A DNA stretch of 64,000 nt from a virus (IMGVR_UViG_3300002220_000288:33491-97490); one strand, 5' to 3'. Shown: positions 46,655 to 55,036, counted from the stretch's first letter. Program-made: numbers and translations. The notes: a model not told the origin generated them from the letters alone.

Positions 46655-46849
46655 TCATAGATTCCTAAATTGACCTTCTTTCTCCCAGGGAGGAAGAAGG
46701 TATTGGCTGTACGACTGCGCTTCTTTTCCGCGAGGAGATAATTCAATCTGGATGTACCATCCAAGCATCATTCGTATTAGCTCCCACCAATTCAAGCGAA
46801 CTACAATCATTCTTGACCATCCTTTCAGTGATTCTACTTCATAAATCAT
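46655..46849 (-). CDS. Hypothetical protein
   Basis: Likely start MIYEVES after the peptidase stop. Confidence 0.35.
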   Translation of the reverse strand: MIYEVESLKGWSRMIVVRLNWWELIRMMLGWYIQIELSPRGKEAQSYSQYLLPPWEKEGQFRNL

Positions 46850-46856
46850 AGCTGAG

Positions 46857-47279
46857 TCAATCCAAGCTACTCCACTCGCCGTTCCAAGGCAAGGTCTTTC
46901 CGGTAGAGGAGTAGCACCAACGCGCCTTACCCTGTCTGGTATCGCAATGAATGAACTTTCTAGCGACAGACACACCGACGCCCTGGAAGCGGCCAAACTC
47001 CTCGATCTTAGAGTAGAGCTGTTCCAGGGTAAGCGACGGTGCAAAAAGATCGACTGCTACGCCGAGGGTATGGCGACCGATGGAGCCGGGTTTCTTAGAT
47101 GCCTCGACGGGGTGATTCTTACAACGGTATCCGCTGGTGATAACAAGCGGGACACCGATAAAGTCTCGAAACTCCTGCAAGAGATCGACAAACTCCGGCT
47201 TAATCCCTTGCTCCTTACAGTGCTTACACCAGAACTCGGAAGCCTTGAAGTGTTTAGTTAGCTGCTTGTCTTCGGCCAT
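46857..47279 (-). CDS. Peptidase M15A (D-Ala-D-Ala carboxypeptidase-like) lysin, probably leaderless
   Basis: HF...EF.C, ITSGYRC, H..G.AVD, FIHCD.R; TTGATG-N18-TACCAT-N6-ATG upstream. Confidence 0.88.
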   Translation of the reverse strand: MAEDKQLTKHFKASEFWCKHCKEQGIKPEFVDLLQEFRDFIGVPLVITSGYRCKNHPVEASKKPGSIGRHTLGVAVDLFAPSLTLEQLYSKIEEFGRFQGVGVSVARKFIHCDTRQGKARWCYSSTGKTLPWNGEWSSLD

Positions 47280-47315
47280 GGAAAGATGGTAGCGCGGCGC
47301 GGCGCTAGACATCAA

Positions 47316-47672
47316 TCAATAAAACTGTAGCTGATAACATGGCTCACACAGTCCGTTGCACATAAGACAACTCACGCAGATTTTCCGACTGCAACATTTA
47401 CAGTTAAGAATCCCGCTTCCAGGATTTCCACAGCCGGAGCAGTCAGGGAACTTCTTTTGCGGAGCAGGCTCGCTCTTCTTGCTCATCTGCCGGTCAATGG
47501 CCGCATCGAAGTCCTTCCGCAAATCGAACGGACCCTGCGCATACATGCTGTAGGAATCTATGTAAGCGAGCGACCAACTGCCGCAATATCCGCCGTCGTA
47601 GTCATGGTGAGAGGCTTGGCTTTTAAGCCACTGATATCGCTTAGCATCGGCAATTAGTTGTTCAAGATCCAT
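47316..47672 (-). CDS. Hypothetical protein with a C-terminal zinc finger
   Basis: DAKRYQWL..DAAID motif and Cys-rich tail. Confidence 0.6.
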   Translation of the reverse strand: MDLEQLIADAKRYQWLKSQASHHDYDGGYCGSWSLAYIDSYSMYAQGPFDLRKDFDAAIDRQMSKKSEPAPQKKFPDCSGCGNPGSGILNCKCCSRKICVSCLMCNGLCEPCYQLQFY

Positions 47673-47878
47673 TACTTCCGCAACTCCCTTACGATTGCAA
47701 CAAAGACAACTACTAGGAAGATAGTAGTAAAGAACGCAAACGGAATCCAGATCGGGGCAAGCACCCAGACCCAAGACCAGCCGATATAGCCGGTTAGTTT
47801 GAGTCCGATAAACAAAATCGTAAGCAGGCTAAAGAACGGGGTGGTATTGACTACGGTGGTTTTATCTTGGTTATTCAT
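47672..47878 (-). CDS. Small membrane protein
   Basis: LLTILFIGLKLTGYIGWSWVWVLAPIW. Confidence 0.7.
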   Translation of the reverse strand: MNNQDKTTVVNTTPFFSLLTILFIGLKLTGYIGWSWVWVLAPIWIPFAFFTTIFLVVVFVAIVRELRK

Positions 47879-48080
47879 ATCCTTCTCCATCACTCCATGC
47901 GTTATTAGCAGTAGCCCAAAGGTCAATAAAGTCCATTGGCACTAGATCGTCGCTCCAAGTTCCTTCTCTTTTCATGAAAGCCTTCCACGGTTCCCAGTAC
48001 TTACTAATGATCTCATCGTCGGACATGGTGACAAAAGTCTGCTCATCTCCGCTTTTCACTAAACGAGTCCAGTATCGCAT
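47871..48080 (-). CDS. Hypothetical protein
   Basis: EII..YW..W...M, W...NAW pattern. Confidence 0.6.
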   Translation of the reverse strand: MRYWTRLVKSGDEQTFVTMSDDEIISKYWEPWKAFMKREGTWSDDLVPMDFIDLWATANNAWSDGEGYE

Positions 48081-48087
48081 CGCCGAC

Positions 48088-48450
48088 TTATCCCCAAGAA
48101 GTATCCCAATAAACGAAAGAGGGTTTGTTTTTCATCATGCGAATCATGGCCTCGGTACCGCGACTCTTCCCGTCCCAGAGAGCAATTAGTGCGTCAGCAG
48201 CATCGGCCATTTGCTGATTACGGATCATTCCGGCAGATTTGCCGAACTCATTCCACTGAGCAGGAAACCGTTCACAGGGAATGCCTTTCGACTTAGCCCA
48301 CCACTCACCTGCTAAGTCAGCGCCTTTCGCAACTCCCGAAATAACAGTCGTTACAGTAAACCCGGAGTCACGAATGGCTGATTCAATTCCGAGAACCCCG
48401 CCCCTATATCCTCTTGATCCAGCAATGATAATTCTCATCGCTACTCCCAC
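48088..48450 (-). CDS. SLOG (YspA/DUF2493-like) protein
   Basis: IIIAGSR, VISG.AKGAD, W...GKSAG..RN..M, WDGKSRGT. Confidence 0.85.
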   Translation of the reverse strand: MGVAMRIIIAGSRGYRGGVLGIESAIRDSGFTVTTVISGVAKGADLAGEWWAKSKGIPCERFPAQWNEFGKSAGMIRNQQMADAADALIALWDGKSRGTEAMIRMMKNKPSFVYWDTSWG

Positions 48451-48839
48451 ACATAAGACTTAACCATCTTATAGACGCGGTAATCGCTGTATTGATTAAA
48501 CACATGAGAGTTGTTGTCCAGCATGACGGATCCATCCCACCCCCACTCACCGGCCTTCAAAGGGCGTTTTTCGCCAGTCTCGGTAAAGCTATAAACAGCT
48601 CTCTTAACTAAGGGCTTCAGGATAAAGCGAGGAGAATGTTGAGTGACCGGCGCATCATCACTAGCTGTTTTGACAAGCCCAAAAGTGTCGATGAATTTAT
48701 CGCCTGTCGAGGGTGGCCGAAACCCATCAATCTTATACCCTTCCGGGGTCCCTCTATCCAGGATGACTTGCGAGTAGATATCCGTTACAGAGACTTTTAC
48801 CTGAAACGACAATTCATTTAAGTTGACTGATTCATTCAT
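48441..48839 (-). CDS. Hypothetical protein, probably leaderless
   Basis: TTGACT-N17-CATAAT-N6-ATG (MNESVNL). Confidence 0.6.
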   Translation of the reverse strand: MNESVNLNELSFQVKVSVTDIYSQVILDRGTPEGYKIDGFRPPSTGDKFIDTFGLVKTASDDAPVTQHSPRFILKPLVKRAVYSFTETGEKRPLKAGEWGWDGSVMLDNNSHVFNQYSDYRVYKMVKSYVWE

Positions 48840-48870
48840 TGTTCTATTATGGGGGAGGAGTGTGGTTAAG

Positions 48871-49248
48871 TCAAGACTCCTCATCCGCACTATACTGAAA
48901 ACCATCCGGGCCAATGAAGAACTTGATATAGTCGCCGCCGCTCAACAGGAACTGGATATAGGTCCGCCTGCTCTCTTCGAACTCATCCCGGTCATGCTGC
49001 GTAATATCTTCAATCGTCCTACCGATGAAATGACCAATGCACTCCCTGATGTTTATGTAATCTGGCGGACACACACTACTAGACGGATCAGAAGCCGCTA
49101 TCTCGGCGGCCTCGGCTAATTCATCAGCAAACAGCTTAATTGAATGAACCGCGCCGATCCCGTCCGGCCCGGAAACCCCGTCCGTCACTGTAATCAATAA
49201 AGCCTTCCTGCCTTCAATATCGCTATGCGCAAAAGAAACACTTCTCAT
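48871..49248 (-). CDS. Hypothetical protein
   Basis: 125-aa ORF, GGAG RBS. Confidence 0.55.
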   Translation of the reverse strand: MRSVSFAHSDIEGRKALLITVTDGVSGPDGIGAVHSIKLFADELAEAAEIAASDPSSSVCPPDYINIRECIGHFIGRTIEDITQHDRDEFEESRRTYIQFLLSGGDYIKFFIGPDGFQYSADEES

Positions 49249-49376
49249 TCACAATTCTCCACGTTCAGGCGATTATTAAATGCCCCGTGATTAAATGGCT
49301 CAAAGTAAACCGGATCGTGAATCCGGGGGGCGGAAGCCTCATCCATTCCATGTAAGGAATGGAGCAACCTGCGCAT
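49245..49376 (-). CDS. 43-aa leaderless microprotein candidate
   Basis: TATAAT-N7-ATG (MRRLLHSLHG...); stop overlaps the next start (ATGA). Confidence 0.4.
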   Translation of the reverse strand: MRRLLHSLHGMDEASAPRIHDPVYFEPFNHGAFNNRLNVENCE

Positions 49377-49587
49377 TAGCTTCATTATACAACACCCCAA
49401 TTATCCAGCGATTCTCAACCATGGCAATAAGCAAAGGCGTGTCATGTCAAACCTACGCCAATTTGCAGTTTTCCCGATGTCGCCGAAGCCGACTTCGGGA
49501 ACATCCCGCTTTCTTATGTATCAAAACTACAGACATAGCATACATAAAAGGGTTTAAGTATGGAGGGAGGGACTAGCGCCAATGTCG

Positions 49588-49836
49588 TTATTTACGGATA
49601 AGCTTCGGATGCCGACCAACCTCATCTTTATCGTAATACCGCTTACCGTCCTTAGGTCCGTCCCACTTGTTCACTACCTCATCCACTACCGGCAGAACCG
49701 TACACTCATCATCAAATCGCAGCATCGCCTCGCTGATCGCCATCCGCAACTTCCGGTTACACATCCGCTTCCACAACTTCTCAGATCGAGAGGTAGTATT
49801 GCCGCCAATGGGATGCTTCTTAAATGATCCACTCAT
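49588..49836 (-). CDS. Small basic protein, probably leaderless
   Basis: MS.S.KKHP....S.K.WKR..NRK.R..W..PKDGK motif; TGATACCAT-N6-ATG. Confidence 0.7.
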   Translation of the reverse strand: MSGSFKKHPIGGNTTSRSEKLWKRMCNRKLRMAISEAMLRFDDECTVLPVVDEVVNKWDGPKDGKRYYDKDEVGRHPKLIRK

Positions 49837-49849
49837 ATACGGATGGTAT

Positions 49850-50548
49850 CACCGAACCGAATATTGACAGATAAGGTTGATAATTAAGCCCGATGATTGA
49901 CAATCTTCTTAGGCAAGGTTGACAAGTGCGGTTTTGACCCCCGGCAGGCAATGGTACTAAGGAGAGGGAAGTACTATGGATACAGCTCGAAAATCTGAGT
50001 CAGTTACTGTCAGATTTTTGGCAATATATAGTACCGGGAAGGTCAAAGTACTACGAAATGGCCGGTTCTTTGGCCTAAAACATCCGCTACTCCATAAGCA
50101 GGGTTTATACAACAGCACATAACATATTCTATGCCCATGCCACATAAGTATCGTTTTGCTAGCTAGGGGGGATAGGGTTTGTATAAGTTTGGTTTATGTT
50201 GGGGGATTTTTTCTATAAAAAATTGAAAATATGGTTGTGGAGGCTGCCACCCCCATGCCCGTCCGTCCCTGGCTCACCCCCACCCGCTGCGCCTAAGCCG
50301 CTCGTTTATCGCTGCGCCGGTGTCAACTTCCGTTGTCTTGAGTCTCAGTCTGCGCCGGTTGTCGCTGCTGTCAACTTCCGTTGCCTGGCTTCCCCTGGAG
50401 TGCTGCCGTTTCCCTGGAAGGGCGGCTTCCCCGGCTTCCCCGGCTTCCCATGACGGGCTAATCTTCCCTTCCCCATACGTCGCGCATATACAAGAGATAG
50501 GCTAGGGGGGCATGAAGGATGTTTAATTGTTCTATGCCTAATTAGCTA
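49850..50548. other. Non-coding strand-switch region (candidate terminus, packaging site or origin)
   Basis: Genes diverge here; no credible ORF; short direct repeats and G/C runs. Confidence 0.55.
50287..50449 (+). repeat. Short direct repeats
   Basis: TGTCAACTTCCGTTG at 50321 and 50369; CTGCGCC x3; GGCTTCCC(C) in tandem x3 at 50424-50449, plus one at 50387. Confidence 0.7.
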
Positions 50549-50576
50549 TTGCAATCCCATTCGGTCATGATATTCT
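50549..50576 (+). promoter_or_regulatory. Promoter TTGCAA-N16-TATTCT (TGn-extended)
   Basis: Upstream of the first plus-strand gene. Confidence 0.5.
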
Positions 50577-50596
50577 ATGATGGAAAGGAGTTGCTA

Positions 50597-50776
50597 ATGA
50601 GCAAGCGAATGAGCGACAAGTTCCTGTTGGTGGAATACTCCACCACGATAGGCGGACGTAAAGAGACCTGTATTGATATCGTCAATCCCGGTGATAAGCC
50701 AGAAAAGGGCGGATTCGTTCTGTCAGAACACAACACCATCAAAGAAGCAGAAGAAGCGTATGATGATTGGTTCTAA
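50597..50776 (+). CDS. Hypothetical early protein
   Basis: GAAAGGAG RBS, ATG at 50597. Confidence 0.6.
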   Translation: MSKRMSDKFLLVEYSTTIGGRKETCIDIVNPGDKPEKGGFVLSEHNTIKEAEEAYDDWF

Positions 50777-50789
50777 AGGGAGCGTTAGC

Positions 50790-51002
50790 ATGAAGACGAC
50801 ACGCGAAATGCTACCCGCCTTGGGTGCAAGGGTCCTAATCCATGTTGGCGTGGGTGACCTACTCATGGAGTGCGTCGTACAAGACTACATACAGAGCTGG
50901 GGGAACATCCGTCTGCTGGTTTCGCACGTGGCTACTAGTGGCGCAACGTGGATCGAGCTATCCCGCCTACGTCAATCATCTAATCAATTAGCCTGCCGAT
51001 GA
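50790..51002 (+). CDS. Hypothetical early protein
   Basis: AAGGGAG RBS, start MKTTREM. Confidence 0.55.
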   Translation: MKTTREMLPALGARVLIHVGVGDLLMECVVQDYIQSWGNIRLLVSHVATSGATWIELSRLRQSSNQLACR

Positions 51003-51056
51003 CTAGTCAGACTAGTCTACCGCAATACCAACCAACCAACCATAAAGGAGTCCACA

Positions 51057-51284
51057 ATGGAAGCAAAGAACATGGAACTACTGACACAAGCGGCCAACGA
51101 GGGTATCGCATGGGCAAGATCCCTGAAAATGGGTGATCTGTTTATCGGCGCAATGCCGGAGGCGGAAAAGCACGGATACGCAAAGGATACAAGTGCTTAC
51201 CGTGTCTTCGTTGCTACCGCTGCCGATTTCATGCCTGCCGCTATCACTGTAGACCGGGCTGGTAGGATCATCAAACTTGGATAA
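51057..51284 (+). CDS. Hypothetical early protein (paralog of 58947-59177)
   Basis: TAAAGGAG RBS; shared G..WA..L..GD.F.G..P.AE pattern. Confidence 0.65.
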   Translation: MEAKNMELLTQAANEGIAWARSLKMGDLFIGAMPEAEKHGYAKDTSAYRVFVATAADFMPAAITVDRAGRIIKLG

Positions 51285-51299
51285 AGGAGAATCGAACCC

Positions 51300-51389
51300 A
51301 TGAAGCGCTACCACCTTACCAACCTGCTATTCGATGCTGCCGCGATTGCGTTCTTTGTCGCCTGCCTCATGGCGATTGCAGTGGACTAA
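51300..51389 (+). CDS. 29-aa hydrophobic microprotein
   Basis: TAAAGGAGAA RBS; MKRYHLTNLLFDAAAIAFFVACLMAIAVD. Confidence 0.55.
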   Translation: MKRYHLTNLLFDAAAIAFFVACLMAIAVD

Positions 51390-51438
51390 TCCTGTCAGGT
51401 TAGCCTGTTAGCGGATAGCAGGCTAGAATGATCGGATT
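51388..51438 (+). other. Long intergenic RNA hairpin (RNase III-site-like)
   Basis: TAGCCTGTTA/TAGCAGGCTA upper stem, internal loops, AATCC/GGATT lower stem. Confidence 0.45.
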
Positions 51439-51469
51439 GCCAATTAAGGATTAAAGGAGAATTGCAAAA

Positions 51470-52684
51470 ATGAGACCTGGATCAATCGTCACTACAGACA
51501 CGCCATGCGCCTACAGCGGATATCCCCATGGGGGGATCATCTCCGCTAATACCCCTGGTGTTTGGTCCCCTCGTTATGGAGCGGTAAAGTTCCATCCCGA
51601 GTGCTTAGACCTACGGAAAGGCGAGACCCCGGAAGCCGACAATCCCGCGCCTGTCCCTGGTGAAGATGTTCCCGCCATTCCCGCCGTCCCCGCTCCCGTT
51701 CCAGCTAAGACCGCCGTTAATGCTAATGGCGATGCTGCCAGCCGATTAGCCGCTGCGATCGCGGAGCTAGCCCAATCTGGCACTAAACCCATTGATCGGG
51801 ATGAGGTAGCGGCAATCGTTCGTTCTGAGATCGAAGCCGTAAAGGATACCATCGGCATACGTCGATACGAAGTAACCCGCAAGGATCACCCTGCCGTTGA
51901 TTGCGGCATACAGCACCATTGTTTCCCTCAGGTCCTTGATCTTGTCTGCAATCAAGCCGATTCCTACCTGTGGGGTCCTGCTGGAACGGGCAAAACGCAA
52001 ATGGCGATCAATGCCGCTAAAACCCTAGGGCTATCCGTTGCCGTGCTATCAATGTCACCTCAAACAACAGCAACCAAGCTAGAGGGCTATATGTCGGCCA
52101 ACGGCGAGTATGTCCCAACGGATTTCTACCGGATGTTTAGCAGCGGCGGGGTCTTCATTGTGGACGAACTAGACAACATGAGCGCCAGCGTAGCAACTAC
52201 GCTAAACTCCGCACTCGCCAACAGCTTAGCTAGCTTCCCTTGCGGCACAATCGAACGGCATCCCGATTTCATCTTTGTAGGAACGGGTAACACCGATGGG
52301 CGCGGACCTACTCACCAGTACCCGGAACGGCGAAAGCTCGATTCCGCTACCCTGTCCCGGTTGCGTTTTCTCCGCATCCTGCCCGATACCCAACTCGAAT
52401 TTGCGCTTGCCGTTGCTCACGCTGGCGGTAAAGACGACCAAGCTAAAAAATGGGCTAAGTGGGTGCAGGACGTTCGGGACCATTGGGCTAAGCCGGGTTG
52501 CGGCATAACGGGCACGCTCTACGCCGATATGCGCGCCATTATCACGGGTGCAAAAGAGATCGCAGCACCCTACACTTGGTCATCAATCGAGGGGTTAGCG
52601 GAATCGACGGTCTTCAAGGGACTACCCGCCGATCAATCTAGCCGTGTACTGTCTGCCGTACCGCTACCTCAGGGGGTGCTGTAA
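51470..52684 (+). CDS. MoxR/CobS-like AAA+ ATPase
   Basis: GPAGTGKT, IVDELD, HPDF....GNT.G.G...Y..R..LD.ATL.R. Confidence 0.88.
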   Translation: MRPGSIVTTDTPCAYSGYPHGGIISANTPGVWSPRYGAVKFHPECLDLRKGETPEADNPAPVPGEDVPAIPAVPAPVPAKTAVNANGDAASRLAAAIAELAQSGTKPIDRDEVAAIVRSEIEAVKDTIGIRRYEVTRKDHPAVDCGIQHHCFPQVLDLVCNQADSYLWGPAGTGKTQMAINAAKTLGLSVAVLSMSPQTTATKLEGYMSANGEYVPTDFYRMFSSGGVFIVDELDNMSASVATTLNSALANSLASFPCGTIERHPDFIFVGTGNTDGRGPTHQYPERRKLDSATLSRLRFLRILPDTQLEFALAVAHAGGKDDQAKKWAKWVQDVRDHWAKPGCGITGTLYADMRAIITGAKEIAAPYTWSSIEGLAESTVFKGLPADQSSRVLSAVPLPQGVL

Positions 52685-53559
52685 TGGCCACCAGACCAGA
52701 TAATCGGGTGATCCGCTACGGATCATGGCGACACGTCGCGGACACGCTACAATCCCCTGATCCGGCCTATTACGGCAACGGCAAACAACCTTCAGCCACA
52801 AACAAACCCGCATCGCACGATTGGGACTATAACGCCGGATGGAACGGTACTCTCAAAATGGCGGGTGCGGAGGGATGGCCCGAAGGGTCAGAACGGATCA
52901 AGCGCTACACCGATCGCTACATCGCGCAACTTGCCAGCAAAGTCAAGCTACCAACCTATTACCCGGAGGTAGTAGGGGATTTCTACGACGTGGGGTTGCT
53001 CATGTCTGGTGAACCGGAACACTGGTTACAGCGGGAGGATTCAGACCAATCAACGGCAGCGGCAGGGCGGGTTTACAGGGTAGTGCTAAATATATCTGCA
53101 TCGTGGAACGTTCCACCAGAAACAATCGAACGTAGGGGAGCAGCAGCGGCCGCCCTGGTGCAACTCCTCGAATTAGCAGGACTCACTACCGAATTAACAG
53201 TAGTCTTCGCCGTCAAAAAAGATCAAGCCCGTATGACGGCGGAGATCAATCTCAAGTCTGCCAGCGAACCATTAGATCTGGATCGCCTTGCCCTGGTTGC
53301 CATTCACCCCGCTGGCTTGCGTAGGATCGGTTTCCGGCTAATGGAGATCGACGCTACAGACAACGAACGAGACTACTACGAATACTACAGCAGCGGTCTT
53401 TACGGCTACCCCTGTAACGTGGGGGAGGACGAGCAGGGGGATGTTTACTCGCCGTCCATTAGCAGCGCTTCCCCTACTCCGTTCTCAGCGGACAAAACAA
53501 CCCTAGCATGGATTAAAGAGCAACTCACCCGGCTAGGGGCGATGGGGGAGGGAGCATGA
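52684..53559 (+). CDS. vWA-like partner of the AAA+ ATPase
   Basis: Coupled to the ATPase; DVG..MSGEPE, VVLNISAS (degenerate MIDAS), HP..LRR.GF. Confidence 0.65.
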   Translation: MATRPDNRVIRYGSWRHVADTLQSPDPAYYGNGKQPSATNKPASHDWDYNAGWNGTLKMAGAEGWPEGSERIKRYTDRYIAQLASKVKLPTYYPEVVGDFYDVGLLMSGEPEHWLQREDSDQSTAAAGRVYRVVLNISASWNVPPETIERRGAAAAALVQLLELAGLTTELTVVFAVKKDQARMTAEINLKSASEPLDLDRLALVAIHPAGLRRIGFRLMEIDATDNERDYYEYYSSGLYGYPCNVGEDEQGDVYSPSISSASPTPFSADKTTLAWIKEQLTRLGAMGEGA

Positions 53560-53789
53560 GACGGCGCAACAGCCAATGGAACAAAGGAGGGAGGGTGCAC
53601 ACCCCTCCTCCTGGAGTGAACGCTAACACCCCGCCGCGTGTCCTAGAATCCCGCTACCCCGGCAAGTGTGTATCATGCAAGCGGACGTTTAACGCTGGTG
53701 AAACCATCGCCTATTTTGACCTAATCGGGAAAGCACTCTGCCCACTCTGCACCCGCGTATGGCAGGAGCTAGAAGAAGTAGAGGATTAA
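53556..53789 (+). CDS. Small zinc-finger protein
   Basis: SRYPGKCVSC...GE.I...CPLC. Confidence 0.6.
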   Translation: MRRRNSQWNKGGRVHTPPPGVNANTPPRVLESRYPGKCVSCKRTFNAGETIAYFDLIGKALCPLCTRVWQELEEVED

Positions 53790-53792
53790 CCA

Positions 53793-53981
53793 ATGGGGCT
53801 AGAAAAGAAACCAGACCTTTACGCTATCGACCTGGGAGCAGGGGAAACGGTAGAATCCATGTTCTTTCCCTGCCGGGGGCCGGAGGAGGCGCAAAACGCC
53901 TTTAACGCCTATCTGACCCGCTGCAACCCAATCGAGCGAAGATCCGCCCGTCTGATTTACTGGCAGGGCGGGAACCTTTAA
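53793..53981 (+). CDS. Hypothetical protein
   Basis: GAGGA RBS. Confidence 0.5.
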   Translation: MGLEKKPDLYAIDLGAGETVESMFFPCRGPEEAQNAFNAYLTRCNPIERRSARLIYWQGGNL

Positions 53982-54002
53982 CCGTTAACCAGCAGAAACC
54001 GA

Positions 54003-54031
54003 TTGACAACACGCCCTAACCATCCCATACT
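54003..54031 (+). promoter_or_regulatory. sigma70 promoter TTGACA-N17-CATACT
   Basis: Consensus -35 with 17-nt spacer. Confidence 0.7.
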
Positions 54032-54057
54032 GTAACCAATTAAAGGATAACTAACCA

Positions 54058-54351
54058 ATGTTTCAGACAATCGAGCAAATAAAAGACGCCAATCAAGCGG
54101 CAGGCTACAAGTTTTTCGAGCCTGATACGCTTCGCTTCTTCGACTCCCGCGTCTCAAGCGAGGTATACGGAGGCCGCTACTTCATCACTTCCGAAAAGAG
54201 CGGTTTCAGCTCCACCATCCGCGCCTATACCGTTCGGCGTGCCAATGATGACGGCACGATAACCACGGTCTCCGGCTTCCTGCAATTCCCCACAGCGGCC
54301 AAGGCGCGGACGTTTGCGCGGCGGCTGGCGGATGGCAGCGAGGAGGTCTAA
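54058..54351 (+). CDS. Conserved phage early protein
   Basis: I...N...G..FF...T.RFF.S....YFITSE...R.YTVR pattern. Confidence 0.7.
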   Translation: MFQTIEQIKDANQAAGYKFFEPDTLRFFDSRVSSEVYGGRYFITSEKSGFSSTIRAYTVRRANDDGTITTVSGFLQFPTAAKARTFARRLADGSEEV

Positions 54352-54354
54352 CCA

Positions 54355-54552
54355 ATGGCGACAATTCCTAACCAGTGCTTCATCTCAGTTGGGACAAAGG
54401 GTACAGTGTGGCGCGGCTCCGATGCGGCGCTTGCCGAATCCATGTACGCAGACCTGTGCCGAGCTAACGAGGATAACGGCGTGACCGTAACACTAACCGT
54501 CCGGCGTGGCGAAGCTATCAGCGTTTTTACCAACGCAAAGAAAGTAGCGTGA
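54355..54552 (+). CDS. Hypothetical protein
   Basis: GAGGAGG RBS. Confidence 0.55.
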   Translation: MATIPNQCFISVGTKGTVWRGSDAALAESMYADLCRANEDNGVTVTLTVRRGEAISVFTNAKKVA

Positions 54553-54606
54553 AAGTTTACTGCAATTTTAACAGTAACTTCCGCGAGTAGATTAACCGTT
54601 AACCAC

Positions 54607-54635
54607 TTGACACGAGAAAAGTTCTGCTGTAGCAT
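54607..54635 (+). promoter_or_regulatory. sigma70 promoter TTGACA-N17-TAGCAT
   Basis: Consensus -35 with 17-nt spacer; heads the DUF6948-like / Gly-rich / amidoligase operon. Confidence 0.7.
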
Positions 54636-54695
54636 AGAAGAATAAAGACGGTCCTGGCCGTAACCAGGAAGAAAAGAAAAGGAAAACTACTACTC

Positions 54696-54983
54696 ATGAA
54701 TAACAAGTATGTGATCGTTCGCACCTACAGCGCCGGAGTCTTTGCCGGAACGCTCGTCTCCCGCGAGGGCCGCGAGGTGACGCTAGCCGATGCGCGGCGG
54801 ATCTGGTATTGGGACGGAGCTGCGTCTCTCTCCCAGCTCGCCATGGAAGGGACCAAGAAACCCGGCAACTGTAAGTTCCCCTGCCCGGTTAGCGAGGTCC
54901 TCCTGACAGAAGCGGTCGAGATCATCCCCTGCACGGATGCGGCACGCGCCAGCATTGAATCGGTTCCCGTCTGGTCGGCCTAG
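54696..54983 (+). CDS. DUF6948-like small beta-barrel protein
   Basis: YVIVRTYSAGVFAG.L...G.EV.L.DARRIW.W.GA.SLSQLA..G...EIIPC (family recalled, not searched). Confidence 0.7.
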   Translation: MNNKYVIVRTYSAGVFAGTLVSREGREVTLADARRIWYWDGAASLSQLAMEGTKKPGNCKFPCPVSEVLLTEAVEIIPCTDAARASIESVPVWSA

Positions 54984-55036
54984 TCTCTCTCTCCCGCATA
55001 TTAGCTCAGGCTAGTGTGCGGGGATAGCGGGATTAG
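54980..55036 (+). other. Long intergenic RNA hairpin (RNase III-site-like)
   Basis: 14-bp stem 54992-55005/55010-55023 with 3 G-U pairs, plus lower stem CTAGTCTC/GGGATTAG. Confidence 0.5.

Noticed and set aside
49957-50505. Short ORFs in the strand-switch region
   Set aside because: Low-complexity translations of repeats, with no RBS.
51001-51017. Tandem palindrome GACTAGTC-A-GACTAGTC
   Set aside because: Single occurrence, too short to call an operator.
53583-53612. Hairpin pairing AAAGGAGG with CCTCCT
   Set aside because: It lies inside a coding sequence with no promoter or terminator context, so a function cannot be supported.
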